From positions 15,748,001 to 15,812,000 of the forward strand of contig NC_047069.1 in assembly GCF_902459465.1 (NCBI RefSeq): a DNA stretch of 64,000 bases, read 5' to 3'. Below the pieces are notes generated by a model, which was not told the DNA's origin, searched no databases, and saw only the letters and a program-made list of their open reading frames with translations. Shown here in pieces: positions 60,583 to 64,000 of the stretch (positions within the stretch are counted from its first letter, which is position 1; every line of letters begins with the position of its first letter). The stretch comes from Asterias rubens. Lineage: Eukaryota. The position numbers and the translations under genes were made by a program.

Positions 60583-61451
60583 CCTTGACGCCAAAACTAT
60601 TTAAATTGCATTCTTTATTAAGATTCTTTTTGTTAAACTAAAAAGGCATCACAAATCAGACCATTAAAAAGTACGAGATCGTAACCGTGGATCATTCTGT
60701 TCTACTTCACACCATCCTCAATGTTTACACACATGATGTACACACGTTGTTAACATGGTTAAGCGAAGGGCATTATTCGCGGCACGTTTTAAACATTTTT
60801 TGTTCACCCAAATTGCATTTTCTCCCTCTCTTTTACCAACAATATACACAAACTAGCTTACCTATGATCTATAAGAACACATACAATGTTTTTTCATCTC
60901 GGAAAGGTCTAAAATAAAACCGTAAACTATCAACATTCTGTCGCCAAAGCGAAAACAAAATGGCTGACATTTTGTTTGTGGATGGAGAACGGTCACGTCC
61001 ATAGACTTGTTCCCAAGTCTTTGATCATGCTGAAACAGCGCCCTCTTGTGGATACACTCCTGTCATTAGCCTACAATGTGGCTGATGCAGAGAATCAACT
61101 GCAGTTTTAGACTTGGAATCAAGTCTATCACATCATGTGCATTAATACTGCAGTCACAGTGCAACCTTTTTACCCTTACTACATGTTTTTGTTTCATCGA
61201 ACAGCAGTATACAAAACAATCCACAATTATAAAAAAAGTATTTTTTTGAAATTTGTCAGTTCAAATGAACATTTTACGAAGTCAGCAGTGCAACTTATCT
61301 CAAATTGATTTTTATAAGTGTGTCCCTGGGTATTAAACAACCTTTTATCTAATTAAAAAAACATGAAACGGAATTTTTTGTGCCTGAAATGGAATTCATG
61401 TTTTTGCCAAACGGAATTTGCACTTTTCTGAAACGGAAAATCAGTGGCCCT
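60467..61451. mobile_element. Approximately 985-bp hAT-like non-autonomous element
   Basis: TIR AGGGCCACTGATTTTCCG / CGGAAAATCAGTGGCCCT; flanked by ACATCAG(T/G) direct repeats; CGGAAT/CGGAAA subterminal repeats. Confidence 0.75.
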
Positions 61452-62904
61452 ACATCAGGTTTACACACATAGGTAGGACGTTGGCCCAGTGCCTACCAGA
61501 CACCGGCCGATAAATTGACCAAGAGTTTGATTTCCATCAGTCACAGCAGCGTGTTTGACACCTTTAATTGCCTACCGCGCCATCTTTCGCCGCCTGATCT
61601 CTGCTTTGATGATGACTTTGGTATAAGATGGGGGTTGGGGTCCGAGGACCAATGTGTAATGTTAGGGGGTCCAAAGCGGCTATTGAAAGTTTAATGTACC
61701 ATCCCATAGGATCTTCTTTCGGCTTTTATTGATATTTTATATAACCTGCACAATTGATCTGATGGAGATTGTGCAGGCGGTTACGAAAACTACATCAGAA
61801 CCAGCAAATACAGCAATACACAAAATACACGTAGCCTACCTCAACCATTGCATTCCTAAAGCGTCACTTCAAAAATCAGTACCCCCACAAAAGTTTTCTC
61901 TTGAAAATGTATGCAATAAAGTTTTGTATAAATTTGGTTATGAATATCTTGAAAAACCCATGAAAAAACATGGGATGTGTTTTACTAGTCCTTACCCTAC
62001 AACTATGTTCCACAAATACGAATAGATTCATAAATCATAATCCAACGGCTGACTACTGACAGTGCAGATTTTAAGCTCTCTCCGGGCAATACATGTCATG
62101 AGTTCATGCATTCAAAAAAGATGTGATCAAATATCAAGACATTTTTAAGGACTTGTAACTCCCCAGGCGAATGTGTACAGATCACATTGCATTGAAAAGA
62201 ATTTCTAATTCAAAGTTCTGAAAGAAGTACTTCCACCACCACACACCCTGTGTGGTAATACACTCTGCAGAGTATAAAGAAAATACAAACATTACATCAG
62301 GGGTAAGCACTAAATTACAATTGAGTGCTGAATGTTAGCCAGACCGACTCCGTTAAATGGCCTGGGCTCAATTTTTTATAAAATATTTTCTGCTTAAGTT
62401 TGGATCTTGATCTCTTATTAAGTGCTATTCATTCAACAGCAATTTAACTGGGGTCCCTTGCTTAATTTTAGCATGGTTGTAAAACGTAGCAATGGGTGAC
62501 AAGATTTTGCAAGAGAACGTGGACAGTAAAAAAAAATTGAAGCCTTTCACACGAGGTACATTTTGTGAAATTGTATAACCATGCTACAATTTACCAAGGG
62601 ACTCCTTGTTAAATTGTTCTCGTGTGAAAGGGGCTATAGGTTTGATAATGTCTGGTGATCCATTGTCCGATTGTCTGCAACCAGCAATCTTGCACTGTCA
62701 TTACAACAAGACCCCCACTGTGGATTCTCAGGATTAATGAATACATGGGAATCCGATCTCGTATTAACTAAACTGATTAAGCGCCATGGTAACGATGTAC
62801 ACAGGTCTAGTCTGCTCTGCTGTGAGCGGCTGAACAAAAATACTATGTTCACCCGTATACTGTGTTTTTTAACAAAAATAATGTATACTTTATAACCAGC
62901 TGAA

Positions 62905-63090
62905 TGCACTGGACACTGTTGATAATCACATAAAATAAGTGTTAGCATAGAAACTTACTTGGTAACGAGCAATGGAGAGCTGTTGATAGTATAAAACATT
63001 GTCTTCCAACTTTGATGACCAATTGAGTTAACATTTTCACAGGTTTGTTATTTTGTGCATAATGTTGAGATACACCAAAGGTGTCCAGTT
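62905..63090 (-). mobile_element. Kolobok-like MITE family A, internally deleted
   Basis: gcactggacactgttgataatcac...gagatacaccaa...gtgtccag fragments. Confidence 0.6.
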
Positions 63091-64000
63091 CAGTTCTGCA
63101 CTTTCTTGGGTTTTGGATTAGAAAGCTAGCAATAATTTTGCTCCAACTAAAGTGCTAGTACAATTCATTTTCCTTTCTGGAATTACATGACTAACGCGGC
63201 TACCCACCTTCTATTAAATACCAATAATATTTTGTAAATTTGTGCCCCTTTGAACATTGACTTCAGCAGAGAGTTTTTTCCGCGACTATGAACAATTTAA
63301 TGACAGGCATCCAAATTTGTTTTTTTTGATAAACATTGTGCAAGTTTCAGTTCTACAGCAAGCTTTATCGGTGTTAATTTTTTCCACGACTATGAACAAT
63401 TTAATGACAGGCATCCACATTTGTTTTTTTGGATAAACATTGTGCAAGTTTCAGTTCTACAGCAAGCTTTATCGGTGTGAAGTTTAGCATAATAATTCCT
63501 AGCTGAATGTTTGTGAAACACCTAAGCTGTTACCGCAGCAACCGTGCCCTTCTACCAGGGCGGCGGTAAATCAAAGGTGATAAGATACAATACATTCACC
63601 CAATGGCGTCATCTAAGTGTTGAATTGTTACATCAGTAATCAGTCGTTACCAGGTGCACGCTACAATGTCTGCACTTGTGTCCCTTTGTGTCAATACAGT
63701 GTTCAATTACGCCAACTTCCCTCTTTGAAAGGTTGATATGTCATGATTTATTAACCCGACTCATTCATCAGTGATTAAACGATGATTGTTGATGATTGTT
63801 GTTGACAAAGTCAACAAGTAGTAGCTAACATGAACTTTATATTTTAGAATAATCTAACCAATTTACAAATAAGCCTATTGAATGATGTGGTTGCATTATG
63901 AATTTTGACTATTTTTTGGAAATCCGAATTTCACTGTGCTTTATTCGGCGAAAAAAAAAAATGTTTATAATCCTCTTTAAAAGTCTTATTCCTACTTCTG

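Noticed and set aside
63280-63478. 104-bp tandem duplication; also the ~20-bp minisatellite at 10925-11075 and the TTGAGG-rich repeat at 17745-17866
   Set aside because: Ordinary intronic tandem repeats with no link to exons or further structure.

Overview
AT-rich, intron-containing animal genomic DNA, probably an echinoderm such as a sea star (inferred from gene structure and repeat types, not verified). Bases 1-32.6 kb hold a cluster of three GH27 lysosomal alpha-N-acetylgalactosaminidase/alpha-galactosidase paralogs arranged +, -, +, with exon sizes matching or close to human GLA exons 2-6. The middle gene has one set of catalytic exons 1-6 followed by seven diverged, phase-compatible copies of the terminal exon encoding the C-terminal beta-sandwich domain. 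Six are intact and one is a pseudo-exon; debris of further copies is present. This looks like an alternative-last-exon domain-swapping array and is the main candidate for an undescribed system. The third paralog has an unusual active-site loop (NCKWPNE instead of SC[S/E]WPxY). Genes 2 and 3 are head-to-head around CLEAR-like E-boxes. Downstream are an intact IS1595/Merlin-type transposase element, a 7-exon JmjC oxygenase gene whose last-exon acceptor is triplicated, the first two exons of VWA3B with a decayed vertnin-like OTU relic in intron 1, and many MITEs and SINEs (about 15 copies of one TTAA-flanked Kolobok-like family). All calls were made by eye; no searches were run.
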